Of a DNA stretch of 64,000 nt, positions 1-11,970 are shown one piece after another. Location of the stretch: NCBI GenBank assembly GCA_965153285.1, contig OZ229115.1. One strand, 5' to 3'. Numbering within the stretch: position 1 is the first letter of the stretch; every line of letters begins with the position of its first letter. The translations under genes were made by a program, and so were the position numbers. The DNA comes from Podarcis tiliguerta. Its lineage: Eukaryota. The notes beneath the pieces were generated by a model that did not search any database, was not told the origin of the DNA, and saw only the letters and a program-made list of their open reading frames with translations.

Positions 1-975
1 TGTGAATTAGCTGCACACAGTTCACCTAAAACTTCCTCCATTCTTCCTTGGAGGAAGTCTGTTTAGTACAAGAAATATGAAATGTCTTGTAAAGTATTAC
101 TTGATATACCTGAAAGCACTGTGCCTGACAGCACTCTGCTTAACTGTTAAATTATTGACCATATTGCCATATAGTCCCATGTGCCTCAGTGCTATTGCTA
201 GCTTTTTAGGTATGGGATTATATTTTCTCATATTGAAGAAGCTACCCCCTTCTCTTTATTTTTTAATAGTCCTGATCCAAGCAACGTGACAAAGTGCAAA
301 ACCCTGCAAATGAAATTGGGTGCAAACCAGGAGAGCCATTTTACCTCCTATGAACAGTTACGTGAAGCACAAGGTGGGAAGGGTCAGAATAAGCAAGCTG
401 AAAACATCGTCTGCTTTGAGTAGCCCTTGGGAGTAAATGTGCATGTTCATTAAGAGGACACTGTCATTAACGAGATTCAAAAGTGGGTTTGCACAACCTG
501 CTTGATTCATCTAGCAGCCCTGGGAAAATCTCTGCCAGGTTCTCCTGGTGTTCTTAAGGCTTTGCTCCTGGTGGTAGGATAACATGCACCATCCCTGCAT
601 TCCAAGAAAGGAGCTGGGGTGAAAGACGCCCCCTAAAGTGCATCAACACCATAGGCCCGTTTGCTCCACCTCTTGGTTTATGTATACATATATAATCATG
701 TTTCAATTGACAGGTGCCTTTTCTTGCCCTGAAAGGTGTTTTCTCCCCCTCAAGGCTGGCGTGTGTGTTCAGGGCTTCTTTGGGGGTTTTGTACCATCAG
801 GCAAAATGGTCACACGTATGTATGTGTGTGTGCGTGTGTACATGATAAGGTGTGTAATTATTTTATACCGCTATGTAAATAGTGTAAGTTATTTAAAGCT
901 CCCGCTGTACATGGTTTTCCAATGAATGTGTTTGTTCCTCCTCTTAATAAATAAACATCAAAACAAGATCTGAGA
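1..975 (+). other. Terminal 3' UTR of a plus-strand gene (probably KIF21B by synteny)
   Basis: Non-coding, AU-rich terminal tract (TGTAATTATTTTATA...TGTAAATA...TATTTAAA...TGTACA) followed by overlapping AATAAA hexamers at 946-955. The identity is inferred only from human gene order (GPR25-INAVA-KIF21B convergent). Confidence 0.5.
946..955 (+). terminator. Tandem AATAAA polyadenylation signals of the plus-strand gene
   Basis: CTTAATAAATAAAC, with an upstream UGUA element (TGTACA at 906). Confidence 0.55.
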
Positions 976-2597
976 ATAATTATTTTTAATAAAAATAGAA
1001 CAGGCCATTAAGTGTAAGTTCAAAAGGCTCTTTCAGTGGTACGAAGATTGAGCTGATGAGGAAATGGATATTGATATAGGTATGAGCAAGTGGCTCTGAT
1101 CTAGGAAGTTAAAAACAAACAAACCCAGAAGCAACGAGCCTGGCCAGAATTTAAGTGTCATCTGATAACGGTATCTTCATGACCTGGCTTTTTGCCTTTT
1201 CTGTACTTAATTAACAGCACACTTTGGGGCAACAACAAAACATTGTTTTTGACTGTTTCTAAAGAACTAATTAAAGCAGAGGCAATTCCCAAATGATGAC
1301 TTGCAAAGATTAGAACACACAAGGACTCAGAAAAAGCATCCTATTCAATATAAAAATGTTCAGGTAGATTTAACACTGTTTTGAGCTGAGTCCAGGTAAC
1401 TTTAATAGTTGCACATCATACATATTCCCTCTCCCTCCACTGGCAAACCTTGTACAAATAAGTTAATATTAAGAACAGTGTTGGTTGCAAATACCACACA
1501 CACTTGATCATCATGATACCATAATTAGTGCTTTAACATCCCAAGGTTACCCCAGAAGCAAAGACCAGTATTAAAGAGAGACGGGTACTTAGAACCCATA
1601 GAAAGTAGTAGAGGTTAAGCAAAACGTCTTGTCTTTGTCCAGTCTAGGATTGCACGACAAATTAAGTACAAACTTGGCATCTGGAGAATCTGCTTTTCTT
1701 TTTCAAAACTGACATTTCTAGCCTTAAAAGCACGAAGGCTTATGCCCATTTTTTTTGCCATGACTTGTAAGTTGAAAAGGATCTGGGCTGAGACGAAACA
1801 GAGTCACTCTCAGTTCCTTGTGACATGCTTGTATAATGAGAAACCCCTTCCACGAAGTGATGGGTTTCATACAAAGATAGAGCCACACATGAAAAGGGCT
1901 CCTTTTGAGAATCGTTGTGATGTAGATACAGAACCAAGAACATGGCAAATGCTGTGAAAAGCAGTTGTGAAGGAAAAACAATAGGGAAAGGGCATGTACA
2001 CCAAACTAGACTTGGGTAAGCTTCCTTGCCTCCATTGCCTGTTTGCTACATCACACTACTTTATGCAAGAATAAAGAAGACAACAGAGGCTCCACATCTA
2101 GCACATGTGAGGGCAGGCAGATTCTGCTTCCGTGGGGGAAAGAAAATTCATCTAGTCAGGCTTGGCTCTTTTCTGAAAAGCTATAAAAAGTTCTCAAGTT
2201 CTTGCTTTCATAACCTACAGCCGGCTCCCAAGATCTTTCCACCACAGACAGACGTGAATAAATAGGCAGACAAGCAAACACTAGTTAAGAGGGGTGAGGG
2301 ATCTTGCTGTGCTCTGTATTCCGCACAGGACAGAAAACCTAGCTGTCTGTTACAGTAGTCTATTGCATCAGTTCATCACAGGAACAAAGGAAGAGACTGA
2401 GCTATATAGTCTCACATAGGTTGCAGAATAGCCCCTAAAGTGTTCTCTTTAATAAAGCAGGATCAGATGGTTGAAGAACGCAAGAAAGTTTGACACAAGC
2501 CTCGTCTTTCCAACCTGGAATGGGGAGACAGGTCGGTCTAGGCAGCCAGCCTGCTGACATTGCCGAATTGCAGGAAGTCACGGTGATTCAGCAGTCT
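965..2597 (-). other. INAVA: INAVA 3' UTR (end approximate)
   Basis: Follows the stop codon at 2598-2600. Candidate ATTAAA on the minus strand at 985-990 with a U/GU-rich tract downstream; other ATTAAA candidates exist (1401-1406). Confidence 0.5.
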
Positions 2598-2690
2598 CTA
2601 CACCTGAGTAATGATTTCTCCATTTTCTGGCACGTAGACCTGCACAGGGGCTCCCTCAGGAGACCGTTTCAGGATATGGACACGGGGAAC
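2598..2690 (-). CDS. INAVA: INAVA coding exon 9 (last): VPRVHILKRSPEGAPVQVYVPENGEIITQV*
   Basis: Acceptor TTCCAG|GTT, phase 0. Matches the human C-terminus (VLRRSPDGAPVQVFVPEKGEIISQV). Confidence 0.95.
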   Translation of the reverse strand, partial: VPRVHILKRSPEGAPVQVYVPENGEIITQV

Positions 2691-4353
2691 CTGGAAGGTT
2701 AAAAAAAGGAGCCTCTTAATGGAACTGCTGCACCAGCACATCTCCCCAGTAGCAGCAACCCCACCACCACCAAATACAAATTCCTTCATCAAACCTAAAA
2801 GCATTTGTTGCAGCTGATGGTCACTTCCTATCTTGATTGCCTCAGGAAAATGTGGCCCATGATGTTTCTCCATGCCTATAAAATAAATTCCTCCCCCACC
2901 ATTAAGCGCAGTGTAAAAATAAAGTTTCCAGGGCAATCTTTCCTATTCTTTCCATTCAGTGCCATTAAATTAAGTGTCTTTAAAATGATGTGATGTTTTC
3001 CAGCCATGATTACCATTCATGCTTTCACCTTTGGGGGTTAGACTAGAGGACCCACCACACAGAGAGTCATGGAAAGGTGGTGCTCTGGTACTTTTCAACA
3101 GGGCTGCTGCACCTGTGGCCCTTCCAAAGAGGCTGGGACTCCCAGCAGCCCCAGCTGGCATGGCCAATGATCAGAGATGATGGGCCTTGTAGTCCAGCAC
3201 CACAAGCTCCCCATCCCTGCTGTAAAACAGCTAGGTGTCTAGAGCATCCTAAAGAATACACGGAAAAAGCTGAGCCCCGGCAGGCAAATAAACAGAGCTT
3301 GCCATAGCTTTATGCATTAAGAAGGACTAAAAGAGGCTCTTAAAAGTAGCAATATTGGCATAAGATGGTCTAACTGACTACAAAGCAGCTTCTTATATTT
3401 ATATTGCCATGCATGGGTGCAAAACCAAAACAGCTTCTAACTATTAATCAACATGAAGCTTCCACGGTTTCTACCCATTATTCACAGGCATGTCCAGAGG
3501 AGAACCCACTTACAAACGTGAAGTGTGAGCTCACTCTCAGAGGGGTGGCTATTTTAGTCTGTTGCAGCAAACTGGCATCTTAAAGACTTAATAAAGTAAT
3601 GAGCTTTTGTGGACCGGAGTCTATTTCAACCGATGCTTATACAAGGAGATTGTCCTCATGGCTCCTCCTTTTAGGTGAGTAAAGCTCCCCTATCTCTTGA
3701 ATGGGGACCACAGATTTAAATGAACTGGCCAAAGGAGGTTTTGAAACAGCGTAACTGGCCTCTAGGACTCACAAATAAAACTACCTGAAAGTGCACATGT
3801 GCCCCAACTGATGGGCATAGAATTGCCAGGTATTTATTTGATGCTGCATTGTTGGGTGGTTTCCTTGTGCTGAAGATGGATTAGACAAACACGTAACGTG
3901 CAAGCTATGGTCGCTGTCTTCTCTTGCTCATGCGAATGCTTCCTAGCACAGCAAAGAGTTGTCTGATTAAAATTTCACAGCTCTGTTTCCAGGTGAGGGG
4001 AGGCATGCATTGAAGAGGGTGGGAGGAATCCAAGGGCAAGCTCTTGCTCGCATGGTTGTGGGCTTCTGCCCTGTGCTGCAGGCGAGGGAGATGCCCAAGG
4101 AAGAGAGAACTGTGCTTCATTGTGCAACAGTTTTGCACATCGAAAGAACATAATTCTCCAAGCGGAACCACCCCCCCCCCAAACCGGGATTCATATCTTT
4201 CAGAATTTCTCTCACTGACTATGTTTCTCAAGGAACAGCGTGCAGAGTTGCCAGAAGGCAATGCTGTTGTCACCAACCATCAGAACAAAGGAGCAGCAAC
4301 ATAACCTTTTCCTATCTAACAAACTGCCCAACAAGCATACAGTAAAAAATACA

Positions 4354-4425
4354 GTAAAGGACCCGTGGACAGTTAAGTCCAGTCAAAGGCGACTATGGGA
4401 TGTGGCGCTCATCTCACTTTCAGAA
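4354..4425 (-). mobile_element. Sauria SINE 3' fragment
   Basis: GTAAAGGACCCGTGGACAGTTAAGTCCAGTC...GCGCTCATCTC, the reverse of the SINE 3' end. Confidence 0.6.
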
Positions 4426-5886
4426 CCAAGAACTAGAACAAGCTTAAGGACTACTGGACTTTACTGAGGTTCAAGGAAGTGGATACTACTTAATGTGTTG
4501 TATTCAGTGCTAGTCCTACTTAGATTTGACCTACCGCCATTAAGGAGCCTGTTAGTCTTGTCCAGTGACTTCAATGGGTCTACTCCTGAGTAGGATTAAC
4601 ACTGGATACAACTCTATTATTTTTAAAATTACCTGGGCAGAGAACTTGGAAATTTCCCCTCTACCACAAACATGAGTCAACTCTTACAGGCTCTGAGCCA
4701 GAAGACTCCTCTTCATGAGTAATTTGGAACACTCAAACAGCTCTCAGTGCAAACAAACATCTGAAACTGGGGTGGTGATTTGAAGCAGCTGAATGGCCCT
4801 TGGGAAAAGGCTTAGGCACCCCTCCCACGATCTACCGTTCTCAAGTCCCCATCCCAATCCATCCCAAAGCACTATCTTATTACTTTAAATTGAATTTGTG
4901 GTAGTGTTGCATGCATTTGTGCTTAACTTCTAATTAGTCGTAGGGCTGTGCCAAATGTCTGTTCCAAAGCATAGTGCTTTCAGTGGACCTGTAAATGCAC
5001 TTTTAAAATAATAATAATAATAAAGCTTTTCACAACATTGCTAGAAAATAGCACAAAGGAAGCAGCCAAACCCACTAGCTGTGTATGTTTCTCCAGTGCT
5101 GCCCCCCCCCAAGCCCATAAGCTATAAAAAGGCCCAGCAGTGCAGTGCGCCTTTGTGAGGCGACAGCAGTCTGTGGAATCTGCTTTTCCCTGAGCCTGAG
5201 GATGGCTCTCCAACTCACGGAGAGCAGGCCATGTTTCTTGGTTGCCATGAGCGAATACTGCTTCCACCAACACACATTCTGGTGGGGTGCCAAAACAGCA
5301 GCTTTTGCCCATGAATATGTAAGACAGTCGACATTTTGGTAGCCATAGCAGGCCGCAAAAAACTGAAAAGAAACATAACAACCTGAGCAGTGAAGTGAAT
5401 CGCACCTGAGAGGCACCTGCCTTCATCTTACAGGAGGCAGCACTATAGCATGCTTCTACAGATCTGCTAGTACTCATGAAAGCCTTCCTCTATTTTTCCT
5501 ATTCACATGGGCGCACACACAGAGCTTTCAATTCCTTGTGTGGCCAGATACTACCAGCCTGTAAAGTAGGAATGGAAACCTGTAGTCTAGCAACATCTGG
5601 AGAGCTACAAGATCCATCATGCTGACTATTAGCCCTGCTGGCTGGGGCTGATGGGAGTTGGAGTCCCAGTAACATCTGGGGGCTGCAGATTCCCGATTCC
5701 CCACAGCCGTTAAGAGGCTTCTGCACTAATTTGTTAATAGAAAATGAGCTTATCTATGAACATGGCACATTAGCATGTTCTCCTTAATCAGGTCTAGCTG
5801 GAATATTGAGGAAACTCTTGCCGAAACAGTAAATAAGAGGCTGGCTCTTCTCTCCCCAAGACACCTTCCTGCCCAAAGATCCTCAC

Positions 5887-6604
5887 CTGAATTTGCTGCC
5901 CCATGGAACAGGAGGGGCGCAACTCTCGGCCGGGCCCGCTGCGCATGCGAAAGGCCCCTTGTCTGTCCAGGGAATGTGGCCGCGCATTACGCAGCCGAGT
6001 CCGTTCGTGCCATGATTTTAGCTCTTCTGTCACGGCTGACTTGGAGAGGACTCGGGGCCCCATCGGGGAGCAGTCCTTCAGAGATGGGGTGCGCACCACC
6101 CTGCTGTGAGAAACAACCGACCGGTGGAACCGCACAGGCACCGCCTCTTCCTTGTAGGCAAAATGGGTGGAGCTTACAGACAGGAAGGGCGGCCGGCTGT
6201 GGCCGAGCTCACGCCCAGCCGGCAGGTGGTTGTCATATTCTACGGCAGAGAAGTAGCCCAGCGGTGAGAGCAGCTTCTGAGGACACTGGCAGTGGTATTC
6301 GGGTCCATTCCCCTTGGAGGTCTGGTTCTGAAACGGCTGCAGGGGCTCCTCCACGGGGACCGAGGAGCTTGGCTTCAGGAAGGAGATGTCGGGGCTGCTG
6401 CTACCGGCAGAGGTGGTATAGGAGATGCTGGAGACATCCGAATTGCTGTCTTCTGAGGCGGAGTGGTAGGTGGGCTTGGCGGCTGGGTTGGCCTTGGGCA
6501 CAGAGAAGCAGTACTCGGGGACGGTGACAGTGTAGTAGGTGGGACGCCGCCTTGGCAATGCGCTTCTTCCACGGGACTCGAAGCCTTCCCGGGATGAACA
6601 CACC
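5887..6604 (-). CDS. INAVA: INAVA coding exon 8 (718 nt)
   Basis: Acceptor CTCCAG|G, donor CAG|GTGAGG. Encodes RGRSALPRRRPTYYTVTVP, SEDSNSDVSSIS, RTPSLKD and LSKSAVTEELKSWHERTRLRNARPHSLDRQGAFR, all INAVA-conserved blocks. Confidence 0.95.
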
Positions 6605-6801
6605 CTGGAGGCCAGAAGGAGAGAGTTAAGACCATCTATCAGGAGCTCGCAATGGCCACCTTAACACCTTTGAAGCACTTCCCCCTAAGGATTATGGGAG
6701 GTGTAGTTCATTCAGGGCACTGAGAGTCGTTAGGAGGCCCCCTTCCCCTCACACACCTACAGTTCTTAGAGTTCCCTACAAGGAAGGATTGATTGTTAAA
6801 T

Positions 6802-6901
6802 CCAGGGCTTTTTTCACCCGGAACTCAGTGATGGCACCTCTCAGGTGGGCGCCATTGCCATTACAAGAGAACAAGGGAGCAGTTTAGAAAAAACAGCACT
6901 G
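6802..6901. mobile_element. Small non-autonomous DNA element (CAG[G/T]GCT TIR)
   Basis: CAGGGCTTTTTT...AAAAAACAGCACTG inverted ends; related to the element at 52945-53110. Confidence 0.5.
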
Positions 6902-7434
6902 GTTAAACCACTCTAGGAATTGCCAGGAGAACTCCAAGAACATGATGTCAGATGTGGGGAGGAGAAAGGAGAAATGCTTACACTGTCACAGCAATCTCCT
7001 TAGAGCTACTTTGCATTATTATATGCTTCCTTTGTATAGTTTATTCTGCACGCAATTGGAAAAAGGAGGGTCATGAAACAATGCAGGGCACTGAAGCCCC
7101 AACCCTTAACGGCTGGAAATCCTGTTTGCCCTTCCTCTAGCTTCCAACATATTCCCAAACATTGCTCATTTGCCTTCAAGCCTATTTTCATAGCTAGGAG
7201 GACTAGAAAACCCTTTTTGCAAAATAATAATAACAACAAAAATAACCGAGAGCTGAGATTCCCAAAACGCTGAATTTTAAATTTTGCATTTGTGAGGCCT
7301 GATAATAGAAGCACAACGTACATATAGCCTCACCCCAAGGTATCTGACATGTTCAAACTTCAAAGAGTGATTAGGTAACAACAGGCAGGGCCACCTGCTT
7401 GAGTACGTGAATTGACCCTAAGTCCATAGAGTAC

Positions 7435-7608
7435 CTCATGAGTTGAGGTTGTCCTCTCCTTCCCAGGAACTCAGGTGTCTGTGGGGCACTGGAACCAGCC
7501 TGTTTCCTTACTTCCAGCTTCCTGGGAGGAACAAAGTGGCATGGCGATGCCTCAGCAGTTGTCTGAGGGGTACGGCTGGGTGACGGTTGAGACAGCAGGC
7601 CTGGACTG
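7435..7608 (-). CDS. INAVA: INAVA coding exon 7 (174 nt)
   Basis: Acceptor TTACAG|C, donor GAG|GTACTC, phase 2-2. SSAPQTPEFLGRRGQPQLMR resembles human TSAPATPEIQGRRGQSQSLR. Confidence 0.9.
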
Positions 7609-8138
7609 CTGTAACAGAACACAATAAGAACATCAAGTGAGAGACTGCCTGCAGTCCTGTCATCTTTCTTTGTGTGCAAAGGAGTGAGAGGCTCTGGTCA
7701 AGGGTCAAATCCCCCTCCCTTTCATCTCCCCTAAGAGTGAAAAACAGGAGTAAAAAGAGAAAGCAAGACTCAAGTGGGTCCACAAAACCCGCTGTTCTGG
7801 CTTAGTTAATTGGACTACTAAGTTTCTAGGTCAGTGGTTCTCAGAGGACACTTTCCCCAATGCAATTGTGAAGCCTATATTGGCTGGGATTAACATGCAA
7901 TTTCATGTTATTAAATTAAGCAACTTTAAGGTGGATTTGTGGAAATAAAAAAATGGAAACATTGCACAATCACAATAAAGCAGCAAAACAATACAATGCT
8001 TATTGTTCTTAAAATGAAGTAACGGACAGACTCTACAGTAGCTTCCATGTTACATGCATGCAAACAAACATTAACAGAGGCTGATCTGAAGACCACGCAA
8101 GCATATCCAAAGAAGAGCGAGAGAAGAAAGGTCTTGAC

Positions 8139-8373
8139 CTTGGCACACTGCTGGGCTCAGTGGATTTCTTTGGCTTTTCATAAGGCTTGTCCAGACTGGT
8201 CTCTTTCCATGGGCTGTTTTGGATGGGAGAGCACTCCACGTCAGTGGCTTGGTAGTGGGTTTGCCCTTCTAGTAGCGCAGAACGCAGAGGCTGAGCCGAA
8301 GAACCAGGCGGGGGTTGGAGGCGAGCTGAAGCTGTGAGCATTGGCGGAAGATGGGCGCTCAGCACCTGGGATT
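8139..8373 (-). CDS. INAVA: INAVA coding exon 6 (235 nt)
   Basis: Acceptor CTTTTCCTTTTCTGAAG|AA, donor AAG|GTCAAG. Contains PIQNSPWKETSLDKPYEKPKKS. Confidence 0.9.
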
Positions 8374-8479
8374 CTTCAGAAAAGGAAAAGGAAAGAACTG
8401 CAGCATTCCAACGCTAAAACCTGGATGGTAGCATTATCTACTGAGTTACATTCCAGGGGCTGGAACTGGTGTACAAATC

Positions 8480-8930
8480 CCCATGCATCTTGGGACCAGG
8501 GTACCTAAAATATCATCTCACCCCTTACAAACCCACTCAATCACTGCACTCTGCAGGTGAGGGCCTCCTGCAAATACCATATTGTAATGGGGTCAACCCT
8601 GCACAATACAGGAATCGGGCCTTTAGTGTGCTGGAATCTGCCCCTTGGAATTCCCTCTGTTGTGTTTTCAGCACCTGTGAAGACTTTCCAGTTCCAACAA
8701 GCCATTTAAATGGAGGACTTCATCCCAAACTGCATCTATACTGGAACTACTTTTAACAGTTTTCATATGTGGAATTGTTTGTAATTGTTTTATGTACGGA
8801 ACTGTTTTTAACTGTTTTACACTTTTCTTGTTTTATAGTTGTGACTATTTTGCTTGTTTCAAAACTGTTTATTTTATTGCTGTAGTCTGGCACCTTATAG
8901 TAAAAGGCAAGTAAGATATCTAATAATAGA
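8480..8930 (+). mobile_element. L2 LINE 3' fragment
   Basis: Degenerate LGPGYLK..L.PY.P...L.S...LL..P...RAFSV..P..WNSL reading, followed by a T-rich 3' UTR. Confidence 0.65.
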
Positions 8931-9344
8931 TTTTTTTAAAAGCATGAATAACCACTGGTTTAGGCTATATCATTCAAAATATACCAAATCACTTATCACA
9001 GACTCTTATCACTCTAGATTAAACCAAAACAGGATGTGGAATTTAGCAGATATCCACAGTCATAAAAGACCCACTTATCAGTCACCTTTGTACTTGAATC
9101 TTTTGAAAATTTAGATGAGATCCATTCACTAACTCTCTTCTCTGTCTTGCAAGTCTAGCTGGCTGCTGTGGCCTAATTCTTAGTCATGTGGTATGAATCA
9201 GGGCCAAACCTCGACAAGATGTCAGAGAGCAGTGATCAGATACAGTTTGTCTCTTCAAAGGCTTAACTACCACTTTACGCTAGGTGAAGGAAAGTCACAA
9301 GCACCCTGTAATGACAGTGCAGAGATCACAGTTATCTAGTTTAC

Positions 9345-9398
9345 CTTCTTCTACCGCAACAGCATCCAACAAGGAGTTCTCATCAGAGGCACTGAACC
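9345..9398 (-). CDS. INAVA: INAVA coding exon 5 (54 nt): GFSASDENSLLDAVAVEE
   Basis: Acceptor TTCCCCAG|GG, donor AAG|GTAAAC, phase 1-1. Resembles human ELSASDDSSLSDGLLLEE. Too short for the ORF track. Confidence 0.88.
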
Positions 9399-10201
9399 CT
9401 GGGGAAGACACAAGAATTGGCACAGACAAGGAGGAACAATGATCAGATTTTCAAGCAGTTATTAGAACCCTCTGGTGCTCCCTAGAAATATGTGCTCATA
9501 ACTCCCACTGAGCTTCTAGAAAGGGGAAATAAAAGCTCCCTCTCCCTCTCTCTCACACACACTTCTTAGTTCTGAGCTAATTCCCAGAGCCTCAAACCAC
9601 ATCATTCAAAGCCCCGCATTCACACACACTTAAGCTCCTCAAAGAGATATTCCCTGATGCAGTGAATTAATAGTAATGGGGGGGGGGGATTTAGAGTCAT
9701 ATTTTGGGAATCTTCTTCCCAAACAGGCAAAACACTTAATTATGAATTAATATTTTAAAAATTCTTTCACTCTTCAAATGCAGTATGGATGCTATAAACT
9801 GGCCGTAATCCAATGCAGAGTTAAGTGCCCTCAAGCTGATTGATTTTCGGAGGCCTTAAGCATGCTTAATTCTGTGTTGAAATGCAGCTGCCAGCCACTG
9901 AGTTTCTTTTACTGCCTGCCCCCAGGCGATTCTGTGGCCAACGGGAGGGTCAGATGGCCTCATTCAGAAGCTGAGACCTCTTGCCTAATCTGCCTAGACA
10001 TCTCGTCCATCAGCAGGGCAGCTGTGGGATTCCTCAGGCAAGCGGCAGAGGAGGGAAGCAGCAATTTCTCACGTGCAAACATGCATCTTCCTGCAGTCTT
10101 GCGCAAAAAACACTGGACAGAGAATATAAGCAACCGCCCACCCACACCAGTGGACCTATTATCAATATAGATGCTTCCTTAATGGAATACCTGGGCAAGA
10201 A

Positions 10202-10596
10202 CCATCAGAATGTAAGACGAGTCTGCTGGATCGGGCCAGTGGCCAATGGCCCACCTTGTCCAGCATCCTGTTCTCACGGTGGCCAACCAGACACACAAGG
10301 GAAGCCTGCAAGCCAGAACATGAGCAGCCTGCCCACCTGTGGGTCCCAGGAACTGGTATTCAGAGTCATGGTGCCTCTGACAGCAGAGGCAGAAAATAGC
10401 AACCATGGCTAGATAGCCTTGCCCTCCACGAATTTGTCCAATCCTCTAACAAAGCCATCCAAACTGGGGGCCACTACTGCCTCCTGTTGGAGCAAATTCC
10501 ATAGTTTAACGATGCACTGTGTGAAGTGAACTGCATGGTCCTTCATCTTCCAATATTCAGCTTCATTGAGTGCCTGCAGTTTCTAGTGTTATGAGA
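10202..10596 (-). mobile_element. CR1 LINE 3' fragment
   Basis: CTGCTGGATC..GGCCAGTGGCC..TCCAGCATCCTGTTCTCAC.GTGGCCAACCAG, the squamate CR1 end in reverse. A short copy also lies at ~20743-20840. Confidence 0.65.
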
Positions 10597-11296
10597 GTGG
10601 ATCTATAGGTCGGGGGGGGGGGTAGAGTGAGTGTTACAATGCCATCCCCTGCATGCTTATTTCCCACTGCACCCTATGCAGCAAACTTCCCCCAAGTCCC
10701 TATAAAACCAAGAGATTTGGATCCAGAGCTATCTAACTTTCTACGCCTTCCTAAGGGTTAATCTGGCACTTCAGGTCTTTGCGTCATTCGCTGCAGGTTT
10801 CTACATGCTTCCTCCTCCAGCTGGCTCTCCCTGTTCTTGATTGAGCTCACTTTGGCAACCGCTGACAGAAAACTGCAGTTTGCGTAGATTACATGGGCAG
10901 GAAGAAGCCATAAAAGGTCAGTTTCCTCCCTTGAACTGGGATGAATTCCAACTAAACCACGCCTGTCAGAAGCCTGTCTGACCTACTTCTGATTTCTAGG
11001 GACAGATATTTAATCCCAGACTCTGTCTTCATTTCCTGACAACTCAAGGTTTTTTGGTTGGGTTTTTTTTTTTAATTAATTAATAAACCCTCTTCCTTAT
11101 ACTTACTCATTTCAATTTATCACCATTCAATTTTGTCCTCCTGTGCAGTGGCCACAAAGAACAATTTTACTATACCTCCCTTTGTATATTTTTATGGTCA
11201 TTATCACCACACGCAAAGGACCCATTTCTCAGACCTGCCTCTCTAGGCCCTTGTGTTGATCTCAAGGCCACTGTAGGATGCTGAGCTCCTGCTCAC

Positions 11297-11525
11297 CTTG
11301 TAAGGCTGGCGCACTGGCCCTCAGCTGTGACGAATGCCTGGCTGCCTGGCGGCACTCTGTGACAGACTGCTCCAGATCCTTCAGCTTCTTTTCCTCCTTC
11401 AGCACAGCACTTTTGCGGCGCTTCCGAACCTGCTTGGTGAGATTCTCTTCCCGGGACAGACATCGCGCTGCTTCAGCAATTTGCAGCTGCAGAGCTAGGT
11501 CTCTCTCCAACATGCTCAGAGGATC
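11297..11525 (-). CDS. INAVA: INAVA coding exon 4 (229 nt), CUPID coiled coil
   Basis: Acceptor CCGCAG|GAT, donor AAG|GTGAGC. Encodes DPLSMLERDLALQLQIAEAARCLSREENLTKQVRKRRK. Confidence 0.95.
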
Positions 11526-11656
11526 CTGCGGAGGAGAACAGACACGGATTCCAAACGATGAAACTCTCTGGAAAGGATGGAGCGACCCAGCGTTTCAAAA
11601 GGGGGCACACGAGGACTAAAGTGGCAGAATCCAAAATCACAGCAATGGAGAAGCCT

Positions 11657-11970
11657 GGGGAAAGGCTGTACAGCTCAGTGGAAGAGCTTGCAAGAGATCC
11701 TAGGTTCAATTTCCAGCATCTTCAGCTAGGGCTGGGAAAGTCTGCTGCCTGCCAGTTTGTAATAGACCAGGGTTTCCCAAACATGGGTCTCTAGCTGTTT
11801 TTGGACTACAACTCCCATCATCCCTAGCTAGCAGGCACCAGTGGTCAGGGATAATGGGAACTGTAGTCCAAAAACAGCTAGAGACCCAATTTTGAGAAAC
11901 ACGGGTGTAGACAATACTGAACTAGATGGACCAATGGTCCGATTGGGCATTAGGCAGCTTCTTGTATTTC
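11657..11970 (+). mobile_element. tRNA-derived SINE interrupted by a hairpin MITE (11768-11903)
   Basis: A/B boxes (AGCTCAGTGG, GGTTCAATTTCC). The SINE body resumes at GTGTAGACAATACTGAACTAGATGGACC after a near-perfect palindromic insert. Confidence 0.7.

Noticed and set aside
5775-6527. 250-aa plus-strand ORF
   Set aside because: Antisense shadow of GC-rich INAVA exon 8; no recognisable domain.
9862-10170. ORFs in INAVA intron 4
   Set aside because: No homology recognised and no consistent splice-site pair; adjacent to a CR1 fragment.
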